Assembly (NCBI GenBank): GCA_028534125.1
Contig: CM052818.1
Location: 9,736,001-9,800,000 of the forward strand
Direction: 5' to 3'
DNA: 64,000 nucleotides
Origin: Lama glama
Taxonomy: Eukaryota
The translations under genes were made by a program, and so were the position numbers. The notes under the pieces are model-generated. The model did not search any database. It saw only the letters and a program-made list of their open reading frames with translations, and was not told where the DNA came from. The first letter of the stretch is position 1, and each line of letters begins with the position of its first letter. This document shows, in pieces, positions 62,213-64,000 of this stretch.

Positions 62213-62869
62213 CTGAAAATTTTAAAAGGGGGGGAAGGTGAGATTAAGATAGAAATAATAATGAATTTTAACTTTTTTTCCCCAAAACAGTAGGCTAAAA
62301 AATTTTCCCTTTAATATTAAGTAACAAAGTTGCAATGTAATGATTCAAGACTGGGTGTAAAGACACTTCTCTCTCCCATTCAAATTGAGCTCCCATACAA
62401 TGTAAACACAAATCATTCAAATCATATTTACTGTTTAGTATTTTATCATTTAATATCTATAACTAACATCAGTGTAAAGTTCTGCAATAACCACTTCAGA
62501 GATACACACTTTTGACATGAGACCAAGCAGAAGGGTTTTCCCCAAGATTCCCCCAAAAGGGTCAAGAAGATAGTCTTCAGAAATACAATACTATACTCCA
62601 AAAGTGACTTTCCTTGATTTTACATTAGATTCTTAGCAATGGACTACAAGACTATTTGTTGAAAATGAAAATGTATTTAAATCCTTGCAGAAGAAAATGT
62701 TAAGTTTTTTATATTTCCATTGGTATCTTAGACTTATACATAATACACCAAAACAAGTTCCAGAAGGGACTACAGGCTCAAAAGAAGCCAGTAAGTTCCA
62801 TCTAAACCTCTTTGAAAGTATATGACAAAATGGAGGAAAAGAAAAAAATTATTTACTTATAACAAATAT

Positions 62870-63220
62870 AATTCAAAACATGCACCTTTAGAAGGAACTA
62901 CTGATACACACAATATAAATAAATACCAAAGTAATAATGCTGAGTAAAAGAAGCCAGACCAAAAGAGCACATACTGTATGATTCCATTTATATAAAATTC
63001 TAGAATATGTAAACTAATCTATCATGAAAGAAAGCAGATCACTGGCTGCCTAAGAATAGGGGTGTGGAGTGGGTGGGGAACTTTGAGGGATGAAGGACAT
63101 GTTAATTACCTTGAATGTGTTGATGAGCCCAAAATTGTATACATATGTCTAAAGTTGTAAAATTGCACACTTTAAACACGTGCAATTTATTGTAGATTAA
63201 TTATATGTCAATAAAGCTAA
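62870..63220 (+). mobile_element. Old L1 3' end
   Basis: atgctgagtaaaagaagccagacc...atactgtatgattccatttatataaaattctagaa...caataaagc; a similar fragment lies at about 50090-50460. Confidence 0.75.
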
Positions 63221-64000
63221 AATGTATGTATCTTTACCCCCTTTTATTATCCAAATCATGGAAATGACAATTCAATAAAGACACTCAAGTGTGCTTATAA
63301 GTAAGGTACTTAGTAAAGTGTCTATTTCAGAGGTATGAAAATATCTTCCACTAAAATATAAAAACAAAAATACCTTCCTCAATCAGTTTAGTGATTTCTA
63401 AATTCCCACATTTAGATATCCATTTCTTTGACTAAAGGCTTATCCTCTGTTAGAATGCAAGCAAATCTTCAGAAAGGCTAACACAAGCGGGTCTTATCAG
63501 TGAAATATGGGGAAGAGGCCTTTTTGAGTCCTACCCAGCCAATCTTGACAGTGAAAACCCTGGAAATGTTACTGTATCTCTTAAGTCCCTTACTGTATAA
63601 AATGGGGATAATAACAATAGCACCTACCTCATAGGGTTATTGTGAGGACTAGAGATAACATATGTTAGGTTCTTATCAAGTGTCAGGCATATAACAAATA
63701 TTCAGTAAATGGTGTCTATTATTATTTCAGATGCTTTCTTGAAATCAGTGATTTATAATTATCACCATAAATGGTGTAACAACTGCTACTTTCAAGGATC
63801 TCACAGAACAGTGGGGCAAACAACAGAAATTGTTATAGAGGGAATGAACAAAAACAAAATTTTGTTTATGCTAACATAATTCTGCATAAAATGACAGTAA
63901 GAGCAAAAGAGTCAGAAATGTCTAATTACGTCAAAGGAAGAGAGTTAATGAAGCAAAAAGGTAGGGAGATAGGAAGGGGAAGGGAGAAAGGCAGGCATTC

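Overview
Mammalian genomic DNA, most likely a camelid (five copies of a tRNA-derived SINE resembling camelid Vic-1). It holds two convergent, intron-rich protein-coding genes. On the + strand are the last 14 coding exons of PUS10 (tRNA pseudouridine synthase 10; 9111-33035, 373 C-terminal codons plus stop; 5' exons lie upstream of the window). On the - strand are coding exons 2 to last of REL (c-Rel, NF-kB family; 62212-44340; exon 1 lies beyond the window end). I rebuilt both CDSs exon by exon with canonical splice sites and consistent phases. The rest is introns/UTR/intergenic sequence with L1, L2, MIR, DNA-transposon remnants, SINEs, microsatellites and one 100-N assembly gap. I see no evidence of a new gene system. 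The most notable observations are: a U12-type (minor spliceosome) intron in PUS10; a composite L1 insertion whose tail carries a 28-bp copy of sequence located about 760 bp away; an in-frame, stop-free 93-nt PUS10 intron; a likely +1 frameshift at the c-Rel C-terminus; SINE-donated poly(A) signals in the REL 3' region; and an Oct/kB/NFAT motif cluster in a REL intron. Orthologue comparisons and repeat family names are from memory, not from database searches.
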